Below are positions 46,670 through 57,072 of a DNA stretch of 64,000 nt, in pieces. Both the position numbers and the translations under genes were made by a program. The notes beneath the pieces are model-generated. The model had not been told where the DNA came from. It ran no database searches and saw only the letters and a list, made by a program, of their open reading frames with translations. The DNA is taken from contig CAWKNC010000001.1 of the NCBI GenBank assembly GCA_963851045.1, positions 55,537 to 119,536 on the forward strand. Direction: 5' to 3'. The stretch comes from an uncultured Solirubrobacterales bacterium (GTDB lineage: Bacteria > Actinomycetota > Thermoleophilia > Solirubrobacterales > 70-9). Position 1 is the first letter of the stretch, and each line of letters opens with the position of its first letter.

Positions 46670-47664
46670 ACCTCGTCGCCGAGGTCGGATTCGCGGAGGC
46701 GACGTGGATCATGATCGTGAAGTCGATCGTGATCTTCTTGGTCGTCTTCTTGATCGTCCCGGTCCTGACCGTGGTCGAGCGCAAGTTGATCGGTCGCTTC
46801 CAGCACCGCTACGGGCCGAACCGCGTCGGCCCCGTCGGGATGCTCCAGCCGATGGCCGACATTCTCAAGCTCGCCGGCAAGCAGATGTTCCGTCCCGACG
46901 CCGCCGTGCCGCTCCTGTTCGCGCTCGGCCCGGCGCTGGTGATCTTCGCCGGGATCACGACGATCGCGATCCTCCCGTTCGGAGACGTCAAGGACGGAGT
47001 CGGCTTTTACGGGATCGACGTCTCGATCGGCGTCCTCTACTTCTTTGCCTTCGGCTCGCTCTCGTTCTACGGCCTGCTGCTCTCGGGCTGGTCGTCGGGT
47101 TCGAAGTACAGCTTCCTCGGCGCCATGCGCTCTGCGGCCCAGCTGATCTCCTACGAGATCGCGATGGGCCTGTCGCTGCTCGGCGCGATCATGATGGCCG
47201 GCTCGCTGTCGCTCGTCGACATCGTCCACGCCCAGGGCGACGTCTGGTACATCGTCCCTCAGATCGTCGGTTTCGTCATCTTCATGGTCGCCGGCTTTGC
47301 GGAGACCAATCGCGCGCCGTTCGACCTGCCCGAGGCCGACGCCGAGCTCGTCCAGGGCTATCAGACCGAGTACGGCGGCACTCGCTTCGCCTCGTTTCTG
47401 CTCGCCGAGTACCTCGAGATGTTCGTCGTCTCGGGGATTGCTGCCGCGTTCTTTCTCGGCGGCTGGATGGGTCCCGGCCCGGGATTCCTCGATCCGATCT
47501 GGATGATCGCCAAGATCCTGGGCCTGATCTTCATCTTCATCTGGGTGCGCGCGACGCTGCCACGCCTGCGCTATGACCAGCTGATGACCCTCGGCTGGAA
47601 GATCCTGCTGCCGCTCGCGACCCTGAACGTGCTGGTGACTGCTGTACTGGTGGTGGTCACTTGA
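46666..47664 (+). CDS. nuoH: NADH-quinone oxidoreductase subunit H
   Basis: [33 protein letters not shown](A)ELV.GY..EY. Confidence 0.95.
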   Translation: MNLVAEVGFAEATWIMIVKSIVIFLVVFLIVPVLTVVERKLIGRFQHRYGPNRVGPVGMLQPMADILKLAGKQMFRPDAAVPLLFALGPALVIFAGITTIAILPFGDVKDGVGFYGIDVSIGVLYFFAFGSLSFYGLLLSGWSSGSKYSFLGAMRSAAQLISYEIAMGLSLLGAIMMAGSLSLVDIVHAQGDVWYIVPQIVGFVIFMVAGFAETNRAPFDLPEADAELVQGYQTEYGGTRFASFLLAEYLEMFVVSGIAAAFFLGGWMGPGPGFLDPIWMIAKILGLIFIFIWVRATLPRLRYDQLMTLGWKILLPLATLNVLVTAVLVVVT

Positions 47665-48206
47665 GCTCTGAATTTCCATATCTGTCTGACGACGATGTCG
47701 TCTCCGTTCAGCGCGGGCCTGAGCCGGGTGGCGCGAAGGGTGCCTATCGCGCCTTTGGCGAGACCTTGCGCGGGCTGCGGACGACGATGGGCCGGCTGAT
47801 CGAGGGTCCGGTCACGATCCAGTATCCGGAGGAGAAGACGCCGGTCTATCCGCGCTTTCGCGGACGCCACAAGCTGCATCGCTTCGAGGACACCCACCTC
47901 GAGAAGTGCGTCGGCTGCTCGCTCTGCGCGGCTGCCTGCCCGGCCGACTGCATCCGCGTCGTTGCCGCCGAGAACGATCCGGCCGACCGCGTCTCCGCCG
48001 GCGAGCGCTACGCCGCCGTCTATGAGATCAACCTCGCCCGCTGCATCTTCTGCGGCTACTGCGAGGTCGCGTGCCCGTTCGACGCGATCACGATGGGTCA
48101 CGAGTACGAGATGGCCGACTACAACCGCGCCGACCTCATCTTCACCAAGGAGATGTTGCTCGCCGAGTCCCTCGAGCGCACGCCGCTGCGTCGCGAGGGC
48201 GAGTAG
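47661..48206 (+). CDS. nuoI: NADH-quinone oxidoreductase subunit I
   Basis: Two ferredoxin motifs, [12 protein letters not shown] and [12 protein letters not shown]. Confidence 0.95.
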   Translation: MSSEFPYLSDDDVVSVQRGPEPGGAKGAYRAFGETLRGLRTTMGRLIEGPVTIQYPEEKTPVYPRFRGRHKLHRFEDTHLEKCVGCSLCAAACPADCIRVVAAENDPADRVSAGERYAAVYEINLARCIFCGYCEVACPFDAITMGHEYEMADYNRADLIFTKEMLLAESLERTPLRREGE

Positions 48207-48213
48207 CGCGCGC

Positions 48214-48690
48214 ATGCCTCGGATCGTTCCGAACCTCTGGTTCGAGAACGAGGCCGAACAGGCCGCCGAGTTCTACTGCTCCATCTTCCCCAACTCGAAG
48301 ATCACGGCCGTCACCCATTACACCGAGGGCTCGCCCGGTGAGCCCGGCACGGTGATGACGGTTGCCTGGGAGCTCGACGGCAATCGCTTCGTCGGCATCA
48401 ACGGCGGTCCTCAGTTTCAGTTCGACGAGGCGGTCTCGTTCGAGATCAACTGCGCCGACCAGGACGAGGTCGACTACTACTGGGAGAAGCTCACGGCCGA
48501 TGGGGGAGCCGAGGGTCAGTGCGGCTGGCTCAAGGACCGCTTCGGAGTCTCCTGGCAGGTCGTGCCGGCCGGGATGGAGGCGGTCTTTTCCGACGACGAT
48601 CCCGAGCGCGCGCAGCGGGCGATGCAGGCGATGCTCGAGATGAGCAAGCTCGATCTTGGCGCTCTGCAGCGCGCCGCGGCCGGGGACTAG
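48214..48690 (+). CDS. VOC-superfamily protein of the PhnB / 3-demethylubiquinone-9 3-methyltransferase-domain type, embedded in the nuo operon
   Basis: IVPNLWFENEAEQAAEFYCSIFPNSKI...INGGPQFQFDEAVSFEINC..QDEVDYYWEKL...CGWLKDRFGVSWQVVP matches my recollection of this family closely. Lies 7 nt after nuoI and 79 nt before nuoJ. Confidence 0.8.
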   Translation: MPRIVPNLWFENEAEQAAEFYCSIFPNSKITAVTHYTEGSPGEPGTVMTVAWELDGNRFVGINGGPQFQFDEAVSFEINCADQDEVDYYWEKLTADGGAEGQCGWLKDRFGVSWQVVPAGMEAVFSDDDPERAQRAMQAMLEMSKLDLGALQRAAAGD

Positions 48691-48769
48691 CCGCGGACCT
48701 CGTGCCAAACCGCTCTAGCAAGCGGGACGAGACGAGCGGATCGGCCGCCGCTCAATAGGATGGGAACCG

Positions 48770-49309
48770 ATGGAAGAAGTCGCCTTCTTCGCCGGGGCGA
48801 TCGGTGCGCTCGGGGGGGCGGTTGCCGTGATCGCCCTGCGAAACCCGTTCTACAGCGTGCTCGCGCTGATCGTTCACCTGATCTCGCTTGCGGGCCTCTT
48901 TCTGATCCTCCACGCCGAGTTCATCGCGGCCGCGCAGATCGTCGTCTACGCCGGCGCCGTGATGGTTCTCTACCTCTTCGTCGCGGCATACGTCGGTGGC
49001 ATCCAGGAGGCGGTGTGGGAGCCGATCCCCGGCCAGCGCTTCCTCGCCCCGCTGCTGGCGGCAGCCCTCTTTATCGAGGTCTCGATCGCCGTGATCGGCA
49101 CCGGGCTGAAGGCGATCGGCACGGAGGGCCCGACAATTCCCGCCGACTTCGGCTCGCCGGCATCGATCGGGCAGCTGCTGCTCGAACGATTCCTCATCGC
49201 GTTTGAGGCCGCGTCCCTGCTGTTGCTGATCGCCGCGGTCGGCGCGATCGTCCTGGCGGGTCGCAAGAAGCGCGGGGAATCCGTGACCGTTGAGGAGGCT
49301 GCGTCCTAG
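48770..49309 (+). CDS. nuoJ: NADH-quinone oxidoreductase subunit J
   Basis: 179 aa, 5 [20 protein letters not shown]. Confidence 0.9.
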   Translation: MEEVAFFAGAIGALGGAVAVIALRNPFYSVLALIVHLISLAGLFLILHAEFIAAAQIVVYAGAVMVLYLFVAAYVGGIQEAVWEPIPGQRFLAPLLAAALFIEVSIAVIGTGLKAIGTEGPTIPADFGSPASIGQLLLERFLIAFEAASLLLLIAAVGAIVLAGRKKRGESVTVEEAAS

Positions 49310-49608
49310 TGGACACCTCCTGGTATCTCGTCCTCAGCGCACTTTTGTTCGCCACCGGTGCGTGTGGTGTGCTCCTGCGACGCAACCCGCTGGTGGTCTT
49401 GCTCTGCCTCGAGCTGATGCTCAATGCCGGCAACCTCGCGCTTGTTGCCTTCGCCCGTTCGACCGGCACCGAGGACGGCCAGATCTTCGCTCTCGTGGTT
49501 ATGGTCGTCGCGGCATGCGAGGTCGTCATCGGCCTCGGCCTGATCGTCGCGATGTTCCGTCGGCGCATGGCCCTTGACGTCGACGAGATCCGGGGGCTGC
49601 GCGGGTGA
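49309..49608 (+). CDS. nuoK: NADH-quinone oxidoreductase subunit K
   Basis: 99 aa, 3 [15 protein letters not shown] and [13 protein letters not shown]. Confidence 0.9.
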   Translation: MDTSWYLVLSALLFATGACGVLLRRNPLVVLLCLELMLNAGNLALVAFARSTGTEDGQIFALVVMVVAACEVVIGLGLIVAMFRRRMALDVDEIRGLRG

Positions 49609-51608
49609 ACACGACCTGGGCGTGGCTCGTTCTCCTGTTCCCGCTGGCCGGGAGCCTCACGATCGCCTTCGGGCGCGGAATGCTGCCGGGCAAGGCCAGC
49701 GGCTGGGTCGGCACGTTCGCGATCGGCGCGGCGTTCGTCTGCTCGCTCGGGGCGCTATTCAGCCTCCTCGGCGAGCCGGTGGAGGCGCGCCACGCAACCA
49801 GCACGCTCTGGGACTACGGCTCGGCGGCGGGCCTCAGCATCGACCTTGGCATCCTCGTCGACCCGCTCTCGGTGTTCATGTGCCTCGTGGTCACCGGCGT
49901 CTCGACGCTGATCCACGTCTACTCGGTCGCCTACATGGATTCCGACCGCGGCTACGCGCGGTTCTTCTCCTACCTCAACTTCTTCGTCTTCTCGATGCTG
50001 TTGTTGATCCTGGCCGGCAACTTCGTCTTCCTCGTCGTGGGCTGGGCGTTCGTCGGCTTCGCCTCGTATGCGCTGATCAGCTTCTGGTACCGGCGCGAGA
50101 CGGCAACGAAGGCGGGCATGAAGGCCTTCGTGATCAACGTGATCGGCGATATCGGGCTCGTCCTCGCCGCCTTCTTGATCTTTCGCGAGCTCGGCACGTT
50201 CGACTATCTGACGGCGTTCGATGCGGCCCGCGAGACGTTCACCACCAACGAGGGCGTCGTCGTTGCGATCTGCCTGCTGATCTGCGTCGGCGCCTTCGCC
50301 AAGTCGGCGCAGCTGCCGCTTCACACCTGGCTTCCAGACGCGATGGAGGGCCCGACGCCGGTCTCGGCGCTGATCCACGCCGCGACGATGGTCACGGCGG
50401 GCGTCTATTTGATCGCGCGCATGTTCCCGCTGTTTGAGCTCGCCCCCACCGCCGCCGACATCGCCGCCTTCGTCGGGCTTGCGACGTTGCTGGTGGCGGC
50501 GACTATCGCGCTCGTCGTCACCGACCTCAAGCGGATCATCGCCTACTCGACGATGAGCCAGATCGGCTACATGATCGTCGGCGTCTCGATCGGCGCGTAC
50601 ACGGCCGGGCTCTTTCACCTGATGACCCACGCCTTCTTCAAGGCGCTGCTGTTCATGGCGGCCGGCTCGGTGATCGCGGCGATGGCAAACCGCCAGAACA
50701 TCGACCTGATGGGCGGCTTTCGAAAGGCCCTGCCCTTTACATCGGTCCTGCTGCTCATCGGCGCTTTCGCGCTTGCTGGATTCCCCGGGTTCTCCGGGTT
50801 CTTCTCCAAGGACGAGATCCTGACGTTCGCCGCCGAGCGCGGCGGCATGTACTGGATCTTTGCGATCGGCGGCTACGTCGCGGCGTTCCTCACCGCCTTC
50901 TACTCCTTCCGGATCGGTTTCCGGGTGGTCTACGGCGAACCGTGCAAAGAGGCCACCGAGCTCGAGGCAGGGCATCTGGCCCACGGCGAGCCCGAGAACC
51001 CGGCGACGGGCGTGGCAGAGGACACCGACGTGGGCTTCCCCGGCGCCGAGCACCACATCGCCGAGCGGGCGTGGCCCATGCGTGTGGCGATGGCGATCCT
51101 CGGATTTGGCGCGATCTTCGGTGGCCTGGTTCAGATCCCAGGCGTCAACCACGTTCTCGAGACCTTCTTTGCCGGGACGTTCGAGAGCTCGCACTTCCAC
51201 GAGCTGGTGCCGTCGGCGTCCACCGCCTGGGCCGGCCTCGCAGTCGGCGGGGTGATCTCTATCGCCGGCATCGCCCTCGCCTACTACTGCTACATCGTCA
51301 ACCCCGGCGTGACGGTCCGCATGGCTCAGCGCTTCAAGGGCCTACACCGCTTCCTGATCAACAAGTGGTACTTCGATGAGCTCCTCGATGCGCTCGTTTA
51401 CCGGCCCACGATCGCGGCGGGACGCTTTGCGAACGCGGTCATCGAAAGCGTGGTTGTCAACGGCCTCGTCTCGGCCGCGACGGGGGCCGTTCGCGGTACG
51501 GGCTCGATTGTCCGCGGGGCCCAGTCCGGATTCGTTCGCGCGTATGCCCTGCTGCTGATCGGCGGCTTTGCCGCGCTCGGCATCTACTTCCTGGTGGCCG
51601 CCAATTGA
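49605..51608 (+). CDS. nuoL: NADH-quinone oxidoreductase subunit L
   Basis: 667 aa antiporter-like subunit ([28 protein letters not shown]). Confidence 0.95.
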   Translation: MNTTWAWLVLLFPLAGSLTIAFGRGMLPGKASGWVGTFAIGAAFVCSLGALFSLLGEPVEARHATSTLWDYGSAAGLSIDLGILVDPLSVFMCLVVTGVSTLIHVYSVAYMDSDRGYARFFSYLNFFVFSMLLLILAGNFVFLVVGWAFVGFASYALISFWYRRETATKAGMKAFVINVIGDIGLVLAAFLIFRELGTFDYLTAFDAARETFTTNEGVVVAICLLICVGAFAKSAQLPLHTWLPDAMEGPTPVSALIHAATMVTAGVYLIARMFPLFELAPTAADIAAFVGLATLLVAATIALVVTDLKRIIAYSTMSQIGYMIVGVSIGAYTAGLFHLMTHAFFKALLFMAAGSVIAAMANRQNIDLMGGFRKALPFTSVLLLIGAFALAGFPGFSGFFSKDEILTFAAERGGMYWIFAIGGYVAAFLTAFYSFRIGFRVVYGEPCKEATELEAGHLAHGEPENPATGVAEDTDVGFPGAEHHIAERAWPMRVAMAILGFGAIFGGLVQIPGVNHVLETFFAGTFESSHFHELVPSASTAWAGLAVGGVISIAGIALAYYCYIVNPGVTVRMAQRFKGLHRFLINKWYFDELLDALVYRPTIAAGRFANAVIESVVVNGLVSAATGAVRGTGSIVRGAQSGFVRAYALLLIGGFAALGIYFLVAAN

Positions 51609-51660
51609 ATAAGGCACCTCAACGGCGGCGCGCATCGGCCCCGCTTCGCGGAAGCCTCAC

Positions 51661-53145
51661 ATGCTGAGCGTCCTGCTCTGGACACCTCTCGTTGCAGCCG
51701 TGCTGCTGTTGGCGGCGCCGGTCCCGGCGCGCCGCTGGATCGCCGTGATGGGCTCGCTGGTGACACTCGGCCTGGCGATCGGCCTCGTCGCCGACTTCGA
51801 CTCGGGCACCGCGGGGCTCCAGCACGTCATCGACGAGCCCTGGATCGCCGATCTCGGTGTCAGTTACCACCTGGGCGTCGACGGGATCAGCGTCTTCTTG
51901 GTCTTGATGACAGCCTTGTTGTGGTTCGCGGCGACGTTGTGGACAGCGCTTCGCAACGACGGCGACGATCGCTCGCGCCTCTACTACTTTTTGATCGGCC
52001 TGGCCGAGACGGCAGCGCTGGGCGCGTTCATCGCCCAGGACCTGCTGCTCTTCGTCCTCTTCTTCGACCTGATGCTGATCCCGTTCTTCTTCTTGATCGG
52101 GGCCTTCGGGGGCGAGCGCCGGGTCGCGGCGACGATGAAGATGATCGTCTACACGCTCGTCGGGTCGCTGCTGATGCTGGTCGCCGCGATCGCGACCGCC
52201 GTGCTTGCCGCCGATTCCGTCGGGGAGCTGACCTTCTCGATTCCGACCCTGCGCGAGCACCTGCTCTCGAGCGGCAGCCAGGACTGGATCTTCTGTTTCT
52301 TCGCGGCCGCCTTCCTCGTGAAGATGCCGGCGTTTCCGATTCACGGGTGGATGCCGGACGCCTACCGCGCGGCGCCGCTCCCGGTGCTGATCCTGCTCTC
52401 GGGCGTGCTCTCGAAGGTTGGTGCCTACGGCTTCCTTCGGGTCGCGCTGCCGCTGTTTCCCTCGGCGAGCGAGCGCTTCCAGGAGGTGCTCTTGGTGATC
52501 GCGGTCGTCTCGATCCTCTACGGGTCGGTGATGGCCTTCACCCAGCTCAACGTGCGGCTGATCGCCGGTTACTCGTCGATCGCCCAGCTCGGGTTCATCA
52601 CCCTCGGGATCTTCAGCCTGCGCCCTGACGGCGCGGACGGCGCGGTCCTGCAGATGGTCAACCACGCGATCGTCGTCGGCGCGCTGTTCATCGTGATCGC
52701 GGTCCTCGTCGAGCGCACCAAGACCGAGGACCTGAGCCTGATGGGTGGCCAGGCGATGCGTGCGCCGCTGCTGGCAGCGTTGTTCTTGGTCGTCGCGCTG
52801 GCGAACCTGGCGATGCCGGGCTCGGCCAACTTCCTGGGCGAGTTCTACATCCTCAACGCCGTCTTCGATGCGAAGATCGCGTTCGCGGTCATCGCCTCGA
52901 TCGGGATTGCGCTCGCGGCGTTCTACTCACTGCGCCTGTATCAGCGCTCGATGCACAACCGCCTGCCGACGGGGATCGAATCGCGCGAGATCTCCGTTCG
53001 CGACGGAGTCATCCTTGCGCCGCTGGTGGCGGTGATCGTCGCGCTCGCGCTCTGGCCAGGTCTGATCCTCGAGCGGAGCGATGCCTCGGTAACGGACGCC
53101 CTGGCTGAGGTCAACGGCGGACAGGAGCTGGTCGCGGAGCGATGA
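51661..53145 (+). CDS. nuoM: NADH-quinone oxidoreductase subunit M
   Basis: 494 aa antiporter-like subunit (FPIHGWMPDAY, SIAQLGFITLG). Confidence 0.95.
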   Translation: MLSVLLWTPLVAAVLLLAAPVPARRWIAVMGSLVTLGLAIGLVADFDSGTAGLQHVIDEPWIADLGVSYHLGVDGISVFLVLMTALLWFAATLWTALRNDGDDRSRLYYFLIGLAETAALGAFIAQDLLLFVLFFDLMLIPFFFLIGAFGGERRVAATMKMIVYTLVGSLLMLVAAIATAVLAADSVGELTFSIPTLREHLLSSGSQDWIFCFFAAAFLVKMPAFPIHGWMPDAYRAAPLPVLILLSGVLSKVGAYGFLRVALPLFPSASERFQEVLLVIAVVSILYGSVMAFTQLNVRLIAGYSSIAQLGFITLGIFSLRPDGADGAVLQMVNHAIVVGALFIVIAVLVERTKTEDLSLMGGQAMRAPLLAALFLVVALANLAMPGSANFLGEFYILNAVFDAKIAFAVIASIGIALAAFYSLRLYQRSMHNRLPTGIESREISVRDGVILAPLVAVIVALALWPGLILERSDASVTDALAEVNGGQELVAER

Positions 53146-54671
53146 ACTTCACCGCGCCCGATATCGACTACGCGGGTCTCTCGCCGATCATCGCGCTGAC
53201 CGTGGGCTTGGTCCTGACCCTGCTCGCCGGGCTGATCGGCGGCTCGGTCAAGCGTCAGCGGATCGTCGTCTCGATCTTCGGGATCGGCACGCTTGCGGCG
53301 GCGATCGGCCTTGAAATCTGGCAGTGGGGTGAGGCGAAGGACCTCGTGGCGGGCGCTCTGCGCGTCGACAACCTGGGGCTCGCCGCGGGCATCCTCTGCG
53401 CGGCCGCGGCGATCTTTGCGATCCCGCTCTCCTGGCGCGAGGAGTCGGTCGAACGGCCGCTGGGGCCCAGCGGTCATGGCGAGTTCCAGGCGCTGGTGAT
53501 CTGCTCGGTCCTGGGCATGACGATGATCGCGCAGGCTCAGAACCTGATCGCGCTCTTCGTCGCGCTCGAGCTGCTGTCGATCCCCCTCTACGTGCTCTGC
53601 GGCTCGGCGCTACGTCGCCGCGAATCGCTGGAGTCCGGCCTCAAGTACCTGATCATCGGATCGCTCGGATCGGCCACGCTGCTCTACGGCCTCGCGTTCA
53701 TCTACGGGGCAACCGGTGCCACCGATTTCGGCGCGATCGCGACCGCCGCCGGCGAGTCGGTCTTCGACGATCCGCTGATGCTGATCGGCATCGCGCTTGC
53801 CGCCACCGGCCTTGCCTTCAAGCTTTCGATCGCGCCCTTCCACCAGTGGACGCCCGACGTCTATGAGGGCGCCCCGACGCCGGTGACGGCGTTCATGGCG
53901 GTCGCGACGAAGGCGGCGGTCTTCGTCGCAGCGGTGCGCTTCTTCGACGTCGCTCTCGGCCCGTCGGTCGATCAGTGGCAGCCGGCGCTCGCCGCGCTCG
54001 CCGCGCTCTCGATCGTGATCGGGAACGTGGGCGCGCTCGGGCAGAACTCGCTCAAGCGCCTGCTCGGCTACTCCGGGGTGGCGCAGGCCGGCTACATGCT
54101 GGTCGGGGTGGTGGCCGCGAGCGCCGCCGGCACGAGCGCGCTCGTCTTCTACCTCGCCGCGTACACGGCGATGAACCTGGCCGCGTTCGCGGTGATCACG
54201 ATCCGCGAGCGCGAGACCCCATTCGGCGACGACATTCGCAGCATGGACGGCCTCGGACGCGAGCGGCCGGCTCTCGCGCTGGTGATGACCGTCGCGATGC
54301 TCGCTCTCGCCGGCCTGCCGGGCACGGCGGGCTTCATCGGCAAGCTCTATCTGATCGAGGCGACCGTCGACGCCGACTACACCTGGCTCGGCGTCATGAT
54401 CGCCGTGGGGACGATGATCTCGCTCGCCTACTACCTGCGTGTGCTGGCGGCGGTCTGGATGACGAGGACTGACGAGCGGCCCGCGCCGGCGGTGCCCGCG
54501 ATCGCGGGGGCGTCGCATGAGGCCGATTCGGTCCCCGGAGGCTCTGGCTGCAAGGCGATCGTCGGTCTCGCCCTGCTCGCAACGGCCGTGACCGTCTTCT
54601 TCGGCGTGATCCCCTCGCCCCTGGTCGATTGGGCCAGCGACGCCGGCGATGCGATCATCTCCCTGTTCTGA
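53142..54671 (+). CDS. nuoN: NADH-quinone oxidoreductase subunit N
   Basis: 509 aa antiporter-like subunit (APFHQWTPDVYEGAPTPVTAF, GVAQAGYML). Confidence 0.95.
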   Translation: MNFTAPDIDYAGLSPIIALTVGLVLTLLAGLIGGSVKRQRIVVSIFGIGTLAAAIGLEIWQWGEAKDLVAGALRVDNLGLAAGILCAAAAIFAIPLSWREESVERPLGPSGHGEFQALVICSVLGMTMIAQAQNLIALFVALELLSIPLYVLCGSALRRRESLESGLKYLIIGSLGSATLLYGLAFIYGATGATDFGAIATAAGESVFDDPLMLIGIALAATGLAFKLSIAPFHQWTPDVYEGAPTPVTAFMAVATKAAVFVAAVRFFDVALGPSVDQWQPALAALAALSIVIGNVGALGQNSLKRLLGYSGVAQAGYMLVGVVAASAAGTSALVFYLAAYTAMNLAAFAVITIRERETPFGDDIRSMDGLGRERPALALVMTVAMLALAGLPGTAGFIGKLYLIEATVDADYTWLGVMIAVGTMISLAYYLRVLAAVWMTRTDERPAPAVPAIAGASHEADSVPGGSGCKAIVGLALLATAVTVFFGVIPSPLVDWASDAGDAIISLF

Positions 54672-55726
54672 TCGCCAGCCGCCGCCGACCCCTGCTTGCT
54701 GCACTCGTCGCCCTCGTGGCGCTGGGTGTCGGGTCCGCCGGCGGCCAGGGGTTCCCGCCGCCCCTTGATCAGCTGCCGCCGATCCCGTTCATCCCGAGTC
54801 CTTCCGATCCGCCGGCGGACACCCCCGGCGACGTGGTCGACGGAAGGCAGGTGCCCGCCGCGTGCAGCGGTGGCGTGCTGGAGACGGGCGGTCGCCTGCA
54901 GCGATTCGCCGACACGCTGGCACCGGGCGAGACCGGCTGCCTGCGCCGCGGCGTCTACAAGGGAGGCGTGGACCTGCGCCGGCCGCGGACCGCCCTGCGC
55001 AGCTACCCCGGCGAGAAGGTCACGATCAAGGGCGGCCAGGTTCGGATCAGCCCGGATGCAACCGGCGCTGAGATCTCAGGCATGCGTCTCGTCTCCACCC
55101 AGCTCTCGCCGCTGATCTACGCGAGTCGCGCCGTCATCAGTCACAACACGATCACCAACCACCACACGAACATCTGCGTGCACGTCGCGCGCTATCCAAA
55201 GACGCCGATCCCAAATGGTGTCGTGATCGAGAACAACCGCATCCACGACTGTGGTCCGCTGCCTGCCGACAACCACGATCACGGCGTCTACATCGCCGTC
55301 GGTCGCAACACGGTGATCCGCGACAACCTGATCTACGACAACGCCGACCGCGGCATCCAGCTCTACCCCGTCGCGATGCGCACGCGGGTCGTGCGCAACG
55401 TCATCGACGGCAATGGCGAGGGCATCATCTTCGGCGGCCGCACCAACCACTCGCTGGTCAAGGACAACATCATCAGCAACTCGACGGTTCGCCACAACGT
55501 CGAGGCGACGGCTCCGAAGGCGTCCCACAACGTCGTTCGCGACAACTGCCTTTGGTCGGAACGCGCCGATGAGTACTACCGCGGCGACCCGCCCAATAGC
55601 GGGGTCCTGCCCGGGTCGCCCGGGTTCCGCGTCGAGCGCAACGTGATCGCCGATCCCGAGTTCGACAATCGCATCGGCTTTCACCCAGACGCCGGCTCGC
55701 CCTGCGCGCGCTTCGGGCCCCGGTAG
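54629..55726 (+). CDS. secreted right-handed parallel beta-helix repeat protein
   Basis: Arg-rich signal region plus hydrophobic core (LLAALVALVALGVGSAGG), then repeated (V/I)x(N/D)Nx(I/V)xD/N beta-helix rungs (VIENNRIHD, VIRDNLIYDN, VVRNVIDGN, LVKDNIISN). The start is uncertain (TTG 54629 overlaps nuoN). Confidence 0.7.
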   Translation: MGQRRRRCDHLPVLIASRRRPLLAALVALVALGVGSAGGQGFPPPLDQLPPIPFIPSPSDPPADTPGDVVDGRQVPAACSGGVLETGGRLQRFADTLAPGETGCLRRGVYKGGVDLRRPRTALRSYPGEKVTIKGGQVRISPDATGAEISGMRLVSTQLSPLIYASRAVISHNTITNHHTNICVHVARYPKTPIPNGVVIENNRIHDCGPLPADNHDHGVYIAVGRNTVIRDNLIYDNADRGIQLYPVAMRTRVVRNVIDGNGEGIIFGGRTNHSLVKDNIISNSTVRHNVEATAPKASHNVVRDNCLWSERADEYYRGDPPNSGVLPGSPGFRVERNVIADPEFDNRIGFHPDAGSPCARFGPR

Positions 55727-55746
55727 CGGATCTATGATCGCTCGCG

Positions 55747-56145
55747 ATGGCTGAAGCCGAGACCGACCATTCGCTCGGAGACGCCGCGCGTCTGATCGGC
55801 GTCAGCACCGACACGCTCAGGCGCTGGGACACGGCCGGCAAGCTGGAGACGAGCCGCGACGCGTCCGGTCGCCGTCGCGTCTCAGCGGCCGAGGTCGAGC
55901 GCCTGCGCCCCGCGCCCCAGCGCCACCGCACGGGCGACACCTTCTCTGCGCGCAACCGCTTCGCCGGAACCGTCCGCTCCGTCGAGGTCGACGGCGTGAT
56001 GGCGATCGTCGAGATCGAGGCCGGCCCGTTCCTCGTCTCCGCCGCGATCACCCGCGACTCGGTCGAGGAGCTCGGGCTGGCGCCGGGTGTTGAGGCCACC
56101 GCGATGGTCAAGGCGACCTCGGTGATGGTCGAGCGCGGCGTCTGA
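55747..56145 (+). CDS. MerR/excisionase-type HTH fused to a TOBE (Mop) molybdate-binding domain; putative molybdate-responsive regulator
   Basis: LGDAARLIGVSTDTLRRWD HTH, then SARNRFAGTV.SVE.DGVMA.V.IE......SAAIT..S..ELGL..G....A.VKATSVMV, typical of TOBE/Mop. Lies directly upstream of modABC. Confidence 0.8.
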   Translation: MAEAETDHSLGDAARLIGVSTDTLRRWDTAGKLETSRDASGRRRVSAAEVERLRPAPQRHRTGDTFSARNRFAGTVRSVEVDGVMAIVEIEAGPFLVSAAITRDSVEELGLAPGVEATAMVKATSVMVERGV

Positions 56146-56240
56146 CCCGCGCGGGCGCCAGGGCGCACTTCGCGTCTTGACCTCAACGAACGTCGCTGAA
56201 GGCGGCCTATAGGAGTAACTCCGCGACGTTCACTGCATTT

Positions 56241-56269
56241 CATCTGCCTATGCGATGCTTAGGCAGATG
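56241..56269. promoter_or_regulatory. 10-bp perfect inverted repeat spanning the modA start region (candidate operator)
   Basis: CATCTGCCTA (56241-56250), a 9-nt spacer, then TAGGCAGATG (56260-56269). It covers candidate start codons ATG 56250 and ATG 56267. Confidence 0.35.
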
Positions 56270-57018
56270 CGCCGCGTCCTCTCGCTCGCGCGTCCTCATC
56301 GTGCTCCCCGCCGCCGGCTGTGGCGACGATCTCCGACGCGGCGGACGAGCAGGTCATCGTCTCCGCTGCCTCGTCGCTGCAAACGGCCTTCACTGACTAT
56401 GCGAAGGCGGCCGGGATCGACGCCAGGCAGTCGTTCTCGGGCTCGGACGACCTCGCTGCGCAGATTCGCCAGGGGGTCACGCCCGACCTCTACGCGGCCG
56501 CGAACACGAGCCTCCCCGACGCCCTGCATGAGGAGGGTCGGGTCGAGAGGCCCGTCGTCTTCGCCACCAACACCCTGGTTCTGGCGGTCCCCGCGAGCTC
56601 GGAGATCGACTCGATCGACGACCTCACAGGCGCCGACGTGACCCTGGCACTGGGCCAGGACGGGGTACCGGTCGGCGACTACGCCCGCGAGGTTCTCGGT
56701 CGCCTTCCGGCCGGCCAACGCGACGCAACCCTCGCCAACATCCGCTCGGAGGAGCCGGACGTCGCGGGCATCGTCGGCAAGCTCACCCAGGGCGCGGTCG
56801 ACGCCGGGTTCGTCTACATGACCGACGTCGTCGCCACCGATGGGGCACTCAAGGCGGTCGACCTTCCGCCCTCTCTGGAGCCCGACGTCGCCTACGCGGT
56901 GGCCGTCGTCGTCGACGCCCCGAATCCGATCGGCGCCAGGCAGTTCGTCGAGGGGCTGCTCGCTGGCGACGGGGCCGACGCCCTTGAGGCCGCCGGTTTC
57001 GGCCCGCCGCCGGGCTGA
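56250..57018 (+). pseudogene. modA: molybdate ABC transporter substrate-binding lipoprotein with one frame break in the signal-peptide/mature junction
   Basis: The mature part (VIVSAASSLQTAF...FVYMTDV) is ORF 56320..57018 with no signal peptide. A lipoprotein signal (MRCLGRC..RVLIVLPAAGCGDD) is encoded from ATG 56250 in the -1 neighbouring frame. The junction is about 56322-56335 and the span is 3n+1. Confidence 0.7.
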
Positions 57019-57072
57019 ACGAATGCGCTCGCGCGGGCCTTTCGCTCTCGGACTTGTTCGCCGCGCTCGAGC

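Noticed and set aside
56146-56266. Possible Moco riboswitch upstream of modA.
   Set aside because: The leader is only about 100-120 nt, and I could not recognise the conserved Moco motif elements. The inverted repeats look like DNA operators instead. This needs cmsearch to be definitive.
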